The translations under genes were made by a program, and so were the position numbers. From positions 3,328,001 through 3,392,000 of the forward strand of contig OZ241744.1 of the NCBI GenBank assembly GCA_965200965.1: a stretch of 64,000 bases of DNA, written 5' to 3'. This DNA is from an uncultured Candidatus Binatia bacterium (GTDB taxonomy: Bacteria > Desulfobacterota > Binatia > Bin18). A model generated the notes under the pieces. That model worked only from the letters and a program-made list of their open reading frames with translations, was not told the DNA's origin and ran no database searches. Below, piece after piece: positions 37,835 to 48,449 of the stretch (its first letter is position 1; the number at the start of each line of letters is the position of its first letter).

Positions 37835-40800
37835 GTTTAACCCACTGCCCCGCTTGCTAGGGGATTGAAACCTAGAACTCGTCGTCTCTGGCCTGTGCGT
37901 CCTCATCTAGTGCCCAGTTTAACCCACTGCCCCGCTTGCTAGGGGATTGAAACTGGGCGATGAATGAATCGGTAAAAACCCGCGAGTAATTTGAGTTTAA
38001 CCCACTGCCCCGCTTGCTAGGGGATTGAAACCAAGATGATGCGTCATGTCGATTGAGGCAATGTGCGCCATGTTTAACCCACTGCCCCGCTTGCTAGGGG
38101 ATTGAAACCAGCAAGCCCCTTGTGAATGAGTCCGGCAAGACGATACCGCAGGTTTAACCCACTGCCCCGCTTGCTAGGGGATTGAAACTTGGACGCATTG
38201 AATATCCGTCCACAGGTCCGTTACCTTAGTTTAACCCACTGCCCCGCTTGCTAGGGGATTGAAACTCGGCCTCGCCCTGCGCTTCGCACAGGTCGCAAAA
38301 CCCCTCGGCGGTTTAACCCACTGCCCCGCTTGCTAGGGGATTGAAACCTCCCGTCGAGCGGCTCTAGCCCAAGATCAGCCCGTACCTTCGCCTGTTTAAC
38401 CCACTGCCCCGCTTGCTAGGGGATTGAAACCCCACCTCAAGACCTCATGAGAGAACGGCGCTTCGTCCTTGAGTTTAACCCACTGCCCCGCTTGCTAGGG
38501 GATTGAAACAAGGCCGCCATCTGTTTTTGCGACCTGGACGGGCTATCGGACTGTTTAACCCACTGCCCCGCTTGCTAGGGGATTGAAACGCAGACAGGCC
38601 GGTATAGCCCCAGGAGTTGACAAGCTGTTTAACCCACTGCCCCGCTTGCTAGGGGATTGAAACCCGACATCTCCAAGATGCTCGGTATTCATCCGGTGGA
38701 GCCGTTTAACCCACTGCCCCGCTTGCTAGGGGATTGAAACTAGAATTCGTGCCTGTAAGTGCCTGTAATCATTGGAGAAACAGTTTAACCCACTGCCCCG
38801 CTTGCTAGGGGATTGAAACATATGACCGACGCCTACGGATGGATGATGAGCCATTTGCCGTTTAACCCACTGCCCCGCTTGCTAGGGGATTGAAACTTTT
38901 TGCGACACGGTGAGCGGTGAGCTACATAGGCATCCCTCGTTTAACCCACTGCCCCGCTTGCTAGGGGATTGAAACGAGGTCAAGCGCGGGGAGTATGACA
39001 TCGGGCAGCTTGACGTTTAACCCACTGCCCCGCTTGCTAGGGGATTGAAACACTCGGTATTCGGTGGGCGGTGGCCATGCGCAGCATACGCTGTTTAACC
39101 CACTGCCCCGCTTGCTAGGGGATTGAAACATCAGTGTCATACTAGATAATCCAAACAATGTCAAATATTTGAGTTTAACCCACTGCCCCGCTTGCTAGGG
39201 GATTGAAACCAGACAAGGCATGGCGCGGACGAAGCGCAACCTGAATGTTTAACCCACTGCCCCGCTTGCTAGGGGATTGAAACCTCCAGAGCATCAAGAG
39301 GCGATTTCGAGTTGCCGGTCGAGAGGTTTAACCCACTGCCCCGCTTGCTAGGGGATTGAAACGTGGCCTTGGCCTTGGCGTCGATCTCAAGCCGGCAGGT
39401 CTTTGTTTAACCCACTGCCCCGCTTGCTAGGGGATTGAAACGCATGTCCCCGTTGTCGCCCATGTGGGCCTCAGCCAGTCCTCGGTTTAACCCACTGCCC
39501 CGCTTGCTAGGGGATTGAAACCAGTCTGATCTTCTGGCCGTTGATGGTCTCGTTGATGAGTTTAACCCACTGCCCCGCTTGCTAGGGGATTGAAACAGTA
39601 TCTCACCAGCGCCGGGGGCCAGATGAGCGCGGAGTTTAACCCACTGCCCCGCTTGCTAGGGGATTGAAACAGGTAGCCCGTCTTACTCTCGTCGCCCGTG
39701 TATGCCACGGCTGTTTAACCCACTGCCCCGCTTGCTAGGGGATTGAAACCCGAACCAGCTCTTCCAGCTCGTATGACTCGGACCGGATGTTGTTTAACCC
39801 ACTGCCCCGCTTGCTAGGGGATTGAAACCCGATGCTCGGCTTTGCCACCACTATCACCGGGATGGGTGCGAGTTTAACCCACTGCCCCGCTTGCTAGGGG
39901 ATTGAAACGTGCCCCGTGCTCAGCTGCCGCAAGATACGGTCGCCAAGGGTGTTTAACCCACTGCCCCGCTTGCTAGGGGATTGAAACAAGGCTGGTCGAG
40001 TTCGCCCAATCGGACCAGGTGCGAAGAGTTGTTTAACCCACTGCCCCGCTTGCTAGGGGATTGAAACCTGGGGGGAGTTGAACGCCGCGGCCAGGGCCTG
40101 CACGGGTTTAACCCACTGCCCCGCTTGCTAGGGGATTGAAACCCGTACTGATCTCCTAGAGGTCTAGGCTTTCCTCACTCAGTTTAACCCACTGCCCCGC
40201 TTGCTAGGGGATTGAAACCGTCGACCGTCCCGCTATTCATCCCGCGCATGACGTGGATGTTGGTTTAACCCACTGCCCCGCTTGCTAGGGGATTGAAACG
40301 CAAATGAGCCGATCAAATTTCTTCAGATCGCTGTCCTTGATGGGTTTAACCCACTGCCCCGCTTGCTAGGGGATTGAAACAGAGACACGCCCGCGGCCAG
40401 GGCCTGCACGGGCTGAACCGGTTTAACCCACTGCCCCGCTTGCTAGGGGATTGAAACATAGACACACCAGCAGATAACCCGCGGGTAGGACCGCCAGTTT
40501 AACCCACTGCCCCGCTTGCTAGGGGATTGAAACATGGGTCCCTCTGGCGTATGCCTGGTAACTCCGCTCCCCCGTTTAACCCACTGCCCCGCTTGCTAGG
40601 GGATTGAAACCGGATGAGCGACCTAACTTTCTGCCAGCTCTTGACCTCATGTTTAACCCACTGCCCCGCTTGCTAGGGGATTGAAACTTCCGCGAGGTCC
40701 TCTTGCCGGGCGATCGCCAGTGCCATATAGGGTTTAACCCACTGCCCCGCTTGCTAGGGGATTGAAACTCCCTCACCCTTTTGCATAGCCGCCCATAGTC

Positions 40801-43800
40801 GCCCGAGCGGGGGTTTAACCCACTGCCCCGCTTGCTAGGGGATTGAAACCGGTTAGTCCGTGCAGGGACACATCCGACTGCTCATATCATGTTTAACCCA
40901 CTGCCCCGCTTGCTAGGGGATTGAAACTTTTTATTCTTCATGGGTCACTTCCATGGTCACTTCCAGTTTAACCCACTGCCCCGCTTGCTAGGGGATTGAA
41001 ACCCATTGTGGCTTGACCCTCCATTATGCCCGCGTGTACGCGCCGTTTAACCCACTGCCCCGCTTGCTAGGGGATTGAAACTGTCCGCCAATGGCGAGCC
41101 AGCCCCATCTTCCTGCGTATCTCGTTTAACCCACTGCCCCGCTTGCTAGGGGATTGAAACCCGACTTCCTTGAGCTCCGGGTCTCGTCCGAGATGCCCGG
41201 TTTAACCCACTGCCCCGCTTGCTAGGGGATTGAAACTTCATCACCTGTTCGTCGGGCCGCCATTGGTAATACGGAGTTTAACCCACTGCCCCGCTTGCTA
41301 GGGGATTGAAACTAAACCGCCTTGGCCTATGCCTAGGTATAGGGCGGCATGATAGGTTTAACCCACTGCCCCGCTTGCTAGGGGATTGAAACAGATTGAA
41401 GAAGGGGTTAGCTCCGCATTATTGCAAAGTTTAACCCACTGCCCCGCTTGCTAGGGGATTGAAACTTCAGAACACGGGATAAGGGAGGCTAAACACTGGG
41501 AGTTTAACCCACTGCCCCGCTTGCTAGGGGATTGAAACCGGCGGATCCGCTCCCCGCCCTCGTCGGGCTCCCCATCCGCGTTTAACCCACTGCCCCGCTT
41601 GCTAGGGGATTGAAACCTTGCTGGCCTTGCTGGCCTTGCTGGCCTTGCTGGCCTTGCGTTTAACCCACTGCCCCGCTTGCTAGGGGATTGAAACTTTTTA
41701 CCCCGTGTTTACGGGGAAACTGTTGGAGGCTGAAAGTTTAACCCACTGCCCCGCTTGCTAGGGGATTGAAACATCGATCCCCTCGTCCAGCGCCGCCCGG
41801 GTGTCGCTGAGGGTTTAACCCACTGCCCCGCTTGCTAGGGGATTGAAACCCGATTTGCGAGTAGGCCGCGGCCATGCTTACCCGGGTTCGCTTGTTTAAC
41901 CCACTGCCCCGCTTGCTAGGGGATTGAAACTTTCGTGGGGCGCTCGCCGTGGGCCTTCGTGCTGACCGAGTTTAACCCACTGCCCCGCTTGCTAGGGGAT
42001 TGAAACTATCTTACAAACCGCAGCTCCTCTGCATAATCGTTCAGCCAGGTTTAACCCACTGCCCCGCTTGCTAGGGGATTGAAACTCCATCCCCTTTCCT
42101 TCAGCAAAGAGAGGGCACTGAAGACTTGTTTAACCCACTGCCCCGCTTGCTAGGGGATTGAAACCGGAGTACCAAATCGGCTTGTCCGATTCCGCATATG
42201 TGGGGGTTTAACCCACTGCCCCGCTTGCTAGGGGATTGAAACGTGAGATTCGGCCTTCTTGACATCTCGTCTCTCCTCTCCTGCCGTTTAACCCACTGCC
42301 CCGCTTGCTAGGGGATTGAAACTTCCACACGCGGAACCCAGTTTTCATTAATAGCGGAAGTTTAACCCACTGCCCCGCTTGCTAGGGGATTGAAACCGAA
42401 TCCGATCTCGTCGATAAGCGCCCACCTTGTTAGATGAATGTTTAACCCACTGCCCCGCTTGCTAGGGGATTGAAACCAGTCAGGGCCGGCCCTGCACCCG
42501 CACCAGTCCACGATGTGTTTAACCCACTGCCCCGCTTGCTAGGGGATTGAAACACTGCGATCACGCCGGGCTGAGGGGCTACAGCCCCAGCCGTAGGTTT
42601 AACCCACTGCCCCGCTTGCTAGGGGATTGAAACTCACTGGCCACTACGAGCTCGGCGTCGCAATCGTCGTCGTCGGGTTTAACCCACTGCCCCGCTTGCT
42701 AGGGGATTGAAACACGTCGTCCGCCTTTTTACCGTCGGCCATCAGGTTCTTGGTTTAACCCACTGCCCCGCTTGCTAGGGGATTGAAACGAAACGGGCGC
42801 CTGAGGCGACCATGCTTGAACGACCACCTCGTTTAACCCACTGCCCCGCTTGCTAGGGGATTGAAACGAGAGTATATCTTCACCACGCTTGAACCTCCTT
42901 CACGAAAGTTTAACCCACTGCCCCGCTTGCTAGGGGATTGAAACAGTTACGAGCTTGTCTTCGGGACATGAACCTGAGCTCGTCTTGTTTAACCCACTGC
43001 CCCGCTTGCTAGGGGATTGAAACACAACCTTAGAGAAGGCATCGCAACCATTCCCATGAACTTCAGTTTAACCCACTGCCCCGCTTGCTAGGGGATTGAA
43101 ACTCTAAAGAAGGGATCAGAGTCAAAGACCCAGATGGCCTTCACCGGTTTAACCCACTGCCCCGCTTGCTAGGGGATTGAAACAAGCCGATTACATATTC
43201 CGTTCCGCTCCATTTGCCATCTTTGTTTAACCCACTGCCCCGCTTGCTAGGGGATTGAAACGCGATACCAACGGCCTTGGCGCCAATGATGACGCCGGGA
43301 AGTTTAACCCACTGCCCCGCTTGCTAGGGGATTGAAACTCCGGCCATCCTCGGCCACGAGGGGGCCGGCGTTGTGGTGTTTAACCCACTGCCCCGCTTGC
43401 TAGGGGATTGAAACTCACTCACCAACCCACGGTGGAGATTGTGGCGTGGTTTGTTTAACCCACTGCCCCGCTTGCTAGGGGATTGAAACAAGTTTTGCAG
43501 CCCCGCCCCTTGACCCGTCACGGGGGCTTGCGTTTAACCCACTGCCCCGCTTGCTAGGGGATTGAAACGATGCTGACGCAACGAGTTCATGGCCTTCCAT
43601 GACTTGGTTTTGTTTAACCCACTGCCCCGCTTGCTAGGGGATTGAAACGCCAATGACCCTTGCGCGGAGACGATGTGAACCATTCGTCGGGTTTAACCCA
43701 CTGCCCCGCTTGCTAGGGGATTGAAACTACCGGGAGCCTCCTATCGGCTGCCTCGAAGCGGCAACCCCAGCGTTTAACCCACTGCCCCGCTTGCTAGGGG

Positions 43801-44590
43801 ATTGAAACCTTCTTTATCCTGGGCATCTTCCCAGGACACCTCTGACGGAGTTTAACCCACTGCCCCGCTTGCTAGGGGATTGAAACCAGGACACCGCTGA
43901 CGGCGACAGGGAGTGCGGACCGCTGATGTTTAACCCACTGCCCCGCTTGCTAGGGGATTGAAACCAGGACACCGCTGACGGCGACAGGGAGTGCGGACCG
44001 CTGATGTTTAACCCACTGCCCCGCTTGCTAGGGGATTGAAACATAATCTCCCGCCCAGGCCTCTCACAGCTCGGGCAGACTGTAGTTTAACCCACTGCCC
44101 CGCTTGCTAGGGGATTGAAACCGGTGACGACTACGTCAAGGTGATCAGACCAGAGGCGATGTCGGGTTTAACCCACTGCTCCGCTTGCTAGGGGATTGAA
44201 ACATATCCGCATCGCATTGCAACCTGACTGGCAACCATCTCTGCCGTTTAACCCACTGCCCCGCTTGCTAGGGGATTGAAACAAATGGCAGAATGTTGTC
44301 GTAGGACGTGTGAAGCTGAGGCATGTTTAACCCACTGCCCCGCTTGCTAGGGGATTGAAACTTGTATTGCCAGTTCTGCTCGATGCTACCGATGGGCGTC
44401 TGTTTAACCCACTGCCCCGCTTGCTAGGGGATTGAAACCCGATCTCGCCGTCAGGGCGTACAAGGGCAAGGCATCCGGGTTTAACCCACTGCCCCGCTTG
44501 CTAGGGGATTGAAACGAAAAGATGCGTGAAGAGTCCGACGAAACCACTTGATAGTTTAACCCACTGCCCCGCTTGCTAGGGGATTGAGAC
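37835..44590 (+). CRISPR. CRISPR array, about 87 repeats and 86 spacers (36-46 nt)
   Basis: 37-bp repeat GTTTAACCCACTGCCCCGCTTGCTAGGGGATTGAAAC with a CCCC/GGGG stem and ATTGAAAC 3' handle. Variants only at the distal end (44166 C>T; terminal ...GAGAC), which supports + orientation. Counted by hand. Confidence 0.99.
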
Positions 44591-44725
44591 GAGCACGCTT
44601 TCCATTGCAGATCATCTCCATCGACTTCGGTTGAAAGCCGGACGATTTGGGTGTTCCATTCAATCTGAAAAGCCGGGGCGGTGGCGCGAGTGTCGGACGG
44701 TTTGGGTCGGAAGGAGAGGAGCGAG

Positions 44726-45586
44726 ATGAGTTGGCACGAGCACATGACAGCACTGCTGGACCGCGTGGCAATCAGGGCGTGGCGGCTTTTGCTGACAACG
44801 CCACAGGTCACAGCAACGGTCCCGATGCTGCGTGGCGTGTGGGGCCGCGCGCTGCGCCATGTTGATGCGGAGGCCTACCGGCAGGTGTTTGCCCCGGCTG
44901 GGGCGGCCCACCGCCGTTTGCCCCGCTATATCCTGCGGCCAGCCCTGCCCGATCCGACTACGGCCCCGGCGGTTGAGTGGATTCTACTGGGCGTGGCTGA
45001 GAGCCTGGAGCCGGCCCTGTGGCGGGCTTGGGATATTGCCAGCGGTATGGGGCTTGGCCCGACCCGCGCACCGTTTGCCATTCGTGAGCGGGTTCCGCTC
45101 GGACCGGGGAATGAGGGGACGCGCTCTGAGGCGAAACGCTGGCGGTTGTCCGAGGCTGCCTGGCCGTTGGCGGGCGAGCCGGCTTCGACCCCGTGCCGCC
45201 TGCATTTTCTCGCGCCGGTCCGCTTGATCCGCCGGGGTACACTGATTGAAGCCCCCGGTCTGGCTGATATTGCCACCGCGGCCGCGCGTCGTGCCGCTGG
45301 TCTGGCGGGTGAGGACAGAGGCGAACCCTATCGGAATCTGATACGCGGCGTACAACACGAGGCGGCGGGTCTGACCGCCGGTCCCTGGCGTGGTGAGCGG
45401 AGCGACCTGGTGCGCTGGTCCGCGGCCCAGCAACGTGAGATTGACCTGTACGGCGTCACCGGCGGGCTGGAGTTGCCGGTCGGGCCGGGTCGGCTGTGGC
45501 CGCTGTTGGCGGCGGCCGGCTGGACCCACATCGGTAAAGGCACGGTCTTCGGCCTTGGCCAACTGTGCCTGACCGCCGACTCCTAG
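44726..45586 (+). CDS. cas6: Cas6 crRNA-processing endoribonuclease
   Basis: MLRGVWGRAL, PRYIL, C-terminal G-loop HIGKGTVFGLG. Confidence 0.9.
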   Translation: MSWHEHMTALLDRVAIRAWRLLLTTPQVTATVPMLRGVWGRALRHVDAEAYRQVFAPAGAAHRRLPRYILRPALPDPTTAPAVEWILLGVAESLEPALWRAWDIASGMGLGPTRAPFAIRERVPLGPGNEGTRSEAKRWRLSEAAWPLAGEPASTPCRLHFLAPVRLIRRGTLIEAPGLADIATAAARRAAGLAGEDRGEPYRNLIRGVQHEAAGLTAGPWRGERSDLVRWSAAQQREIDLYGVTGGLELPVGPGRLWPLLAAAGWTHIGKGTVFGLGQLCLTADS

Positions 45587-45692
45587 CGGTTTCATGCCGG
45601 AGTGTCACGCGTAGGTCGGAGGTGCGGAGCGTCATCCGCAGGGATGCCGGGCTGTGGCGCTCCGCAAAAAGGAAGACAAGACGACACATCTT

Positions 45693-48449
45693 TCAGGCTT
45701 CAACGCCTCGGGCGACCTCGACCTGTACCGCGCAGTATTTGAACTCGGGGATTTTGCCATACGGGTCCAGGGCCTCGTTGGTCAGCAGGTTGGCCGCGGC
45801 TTCTTGGTAGCAGAACGGCATGAAAATCTCGCCGCGTCTCATACCGCGGTCGGCCCGGGCAAAGGCGGTGAGGGCCCCGCGGCGCGAGACGACCCGCAGC
45901 AACTCGCCCTCCCCTCCGTCAAGGGCGGCTAAGTCATCGGGATGAATGTTGATGACCGGCTGGGGTTCAATCGCGTCCAGCACCCGCGAGCGACGTGTCA
46001 TGGCCCCGGTATGCCAGTGCTCCAACTGGCGGCCGGTGATGAGGACATAGGGGAACTCCTTGTCCGGCAGTTCGTCGGCGCTGATCAGCCGGGCTGGAAC
46101 AAAACGGCCCCGCCGGCTGGGGGTGGGGAAGTCGTCTTGAAAAACAATGGGCTGACCCGGGTCGTCCGTGCTGGTACACGGATAGGTGACGGAGCCGTAC
46201 CGCTCCAGCCGCTTCCAGCTTATCCCGCCAATGCTGGGCATGGCTTGGCGCATCTCGGCAAACACACTCTGGACATCGGGGTAATGCCAGTCCAGACCCA
46301 GCCGGCGGGCGATGTCCTGGATGATGTCCAGGTCCTGACGGGCCGCGCCCGGTGGGTCAAGTGCTCGGCGGCCCAACTGCACCCGGCGGTCGGTGTTGGT
46401 GAAGGTGCCGGTTTTTTCTGGAAAGGCCGAGGCTGGCAGCACCACATCGGCAAAAGCGGCGGTTTCGGTCAGAAACAGGTCTTGCACCACCAGATGATCG
46501 AGCGTGGCCAGGGCGTGGCGGGCGTGGCGCAGGTTGGGGTCTGACATGGCCGGATTTTCGCCCATGATGTACAGGCCGTGCAGACTGCCGTCCAGAATCG
46601 CGTTCATGATCTCAACCACCGTCAGCCCCGGCTTGTCGTCCAGGCGGGCGCGCCACAGGCGCTCAAACTGCTGCCGGGCGGCCGTGTCGTCCACCGGCTG
46701 ATAGTCGGGAAAGACCATTGGGATCAGCCCGGCGTCAGACGCGCCCTGCACATTGTTCTGGCCGCGCAGGGGGTGGAGGCCGGTGCCGGGCCGGCCGACC
46801 TGGCCGGTCAGCAGCGACAGGGCGATCAGACACCGGGCATTGTCGGTGCCGTGGATGTGCTGCGAGACGCCCATGCCCCAGAAGATCATCGCCCCCGAGG
46901 CAGTGGCGTAGCGGCGGGCTACCTCACGGATGGTGGCCGCCTCAATGCCGCAGACGGCGGCCATGTCTTCGGGGCTGAAGCCGGCCACATTGTGGCGCAG
47001 CAACTCAAAGTCTTCGGTGCGCTGTTCCACAAACGCGGTGTTGACCAGCCCCTCGTCAATAATGGTGTGGAGCATGGCGTTCAGCAGTGCCACATCGGTG
47101 TCGGGTGTGAACTGGAGATAATAGCGGGCGTGGCGGGCCAGCTCGGTCCGCCGGGGATCCATGACAATCAGCGTTTTGCCGGCCTTGGCCGCGTTTTTCA
47201 TGAAGGTGGCGGCGACTGGGTGGTTTTCGGGCGTGTTGGAGCCGATGATGAGAATCACCTCGGCCTCGGCCACCTCCTCAACCTGATTGGAGACCGCGCC
47301 CGAGCCGATGCCTTCGAGCAGGGCAGCGACCGATGAGGCGTGGCACAGGCGGGTGCAGTGGTCAACATTATTGGTGCCACAGCCGGTCCGCATCAATTTC
47401 TGAAACAGATAGGCTTCTTCGTTGCTGCCCTTGGCCGAGCCAAAACCGGCCAGGGCGTGGCTGCCCCTGGTGTCGCGGATTGTCTTGAGCCCGGCCGCGG
47501 CTACATCGAGGGCTTCGTCCCAGTCGGCTTCGCGGAAGAGGGCCTGCCAGTTGTCCGGGTCACAGTCCAGCGCTGCCGACTTGGGTACGCCGGGCTTGCG
47601 GAGCAGGGGGCGTGTCAAACGGTGGGGGTGATGCACATAGTCAAAGCCAAAGCGGCCCTTGACGCACAGCCGGCCGTGGTTGGCCGGCCCGTCGCGGCCG
47701 GTGACGGACAGGATGGTATTGTCCTTGACATGGTAGGTCAGCAGACAGCCCACCCCGCAGTAGGGACACACCGAGTCAACGCTTTTGTCCGGCTCAAGCA
47801 GTTCTACACCTCCGGCCACCGCCAGCGCGCCGGTCGGGCAGACCTGGACGCACTCGCCGCAGCCAACGCACGAGCTGTGGCCCATCGGGTCGGCCAGATC
47901 AAATACAATGGCCGCCGCGCTGCCGCGGCCGGCATAGCCGATCACGTCGTTGACCTGCTCCTCACGGCAGGCGCGCTGACAGCGGGTACACTGGATGCAG
48001 GCGTCGAGGTTGACCGCTATGGCCGGGTGGGACAGGTCTGCGGCCGGCTGCTGACGGCGCGCAAAGCGGGGTTGACCTACGGCGAGTTTGTCGGCCCACA
48101 GGTCGAGCTCGGAGGCGCGCGTGTATGGTGTGTCGGCCACATCGGAGCGCAGCAGTTCCAGGACCATTTGCTGCGAATGGCGCGCCCGCTCGCTGTGGCT
48201 CAACACCTCCATGCCGTCGGTCGGCGTTCGGCAGCACGACGGGGCTAGGGGCCGCTCACCCTTGATTTCCACCACACACACCCGACAGTTGCCGTCGGGC
48301 CGCAGGCCGTCGGTGTAGCACAGGTGGGGAATCTTGACCCCGTGGCGCTGGGCGGTCTGGAGGATGGTCTCGCCGGGCCGGGCGTCAAGCGTCCGTCCGT
48401 CGAGGGTGAAGGTGGTGAGTCCGTCCGTATCGGAAGAGGCACCAGCCAT
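45693..48449 (-). CDS. fdhF: NAD-dependent formate dehydrogenase alpha subunit (Fdh1A/FdsA-like, Cys ligand)
   Basis: N-terminal FeS clusters, CPYCGVGC, NNVDHCTRLCH, PLRGQNNVQG, KIPEFKYCAV. Confidence 0.95.
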   Translation of the reverse strand: MAGASSDTDGLTTFTLDGRTLDARPGETILQTAQRHGVKIPHLCYTDGLRPDGNCRVCVVEIKGERPLAPSCCRTPTDGMEVLSHSERARHSQQMVLELLRSDVADTPYTRASELDLWADKLAVGQPRFARRQQPAADLSHPAIAVNLDACIQCTRCQRACREEQVNDVIGYAGRGSAAAIVFDLADPMGHSSCVGCGECVQVCPTGALAVAGGVELLEPDKSVDSVCPYCGVGCLLTYHVKDNTILSVTGRDGPANHGRLCVKGRFGFDYVHHPHRLTRPLLRKPGVPKSAALDCDPDNWQALFREADWDEALDVAAAGLKTIRDTRGSHALAGFGSAKGSNEEAYLFQKLMRTGCGTNNVDHCTRLCHASSVAALLEGIGSGAVSNQVEEVAEAEVILIIGSNTPENHPVAATFMKNAAKAGKTLIVMDPRRTELARHARYYLQFTPDTDVALLNAMLHTIIDEGLVNTAFVEQRTEDFELLRHNVAGFSPEDMAAVCGIEAATIREVARRYATASGAMIFWGMGVSQHIHGTDNARCLIALSLLTGQVGRPGTGLHPLRGQNNVQGASDAGLIPMVFPDYQPVDDTAARQQFERLWRARLDDKPGLTVVEIMNAILDGSLHGLYIMGENPAMSDPNLRHARHALATLDHLVVQDLFLTETAAFADVVLPASAFPEKTGTFTNTDRRVQLGRRALDPPGAARQDLDIIQDIARRLGLDWHYPDVQSVFAEMRQAMPSIGGISWKRLERYGSVTYPCTSTDDPGQPIVFQDDFPTPSRRGRFVPARLISADELPDKEFPYVLITGRQLEHWHTGAMTRRSRVLDAIEPQPVINIHPDDLAALDGGEGELLRVVSRRGALTAFARADRGMRRGEIFMPFCYQEAAANLLTNEALDPYGKIPEFKYCAVQVEVARGVEA

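Noticed and set aside
37835-44590. Self-targeting spacers within the window
   Set aside because: Only short matches of about 13 nt were noticed by eye (e.g. CCGCGGCCAGGGC near 49927). The search was not exhaustive.
38961-44811. Short ORFs with repeated FQSPSKRGSGLN
   Set aside because: Translations of the CRISPR repeat.
45693-48449. Selenocysteine in the FDH alpha subunit
   Set aside because: The ORF is open and has Cys in CTRLCH.
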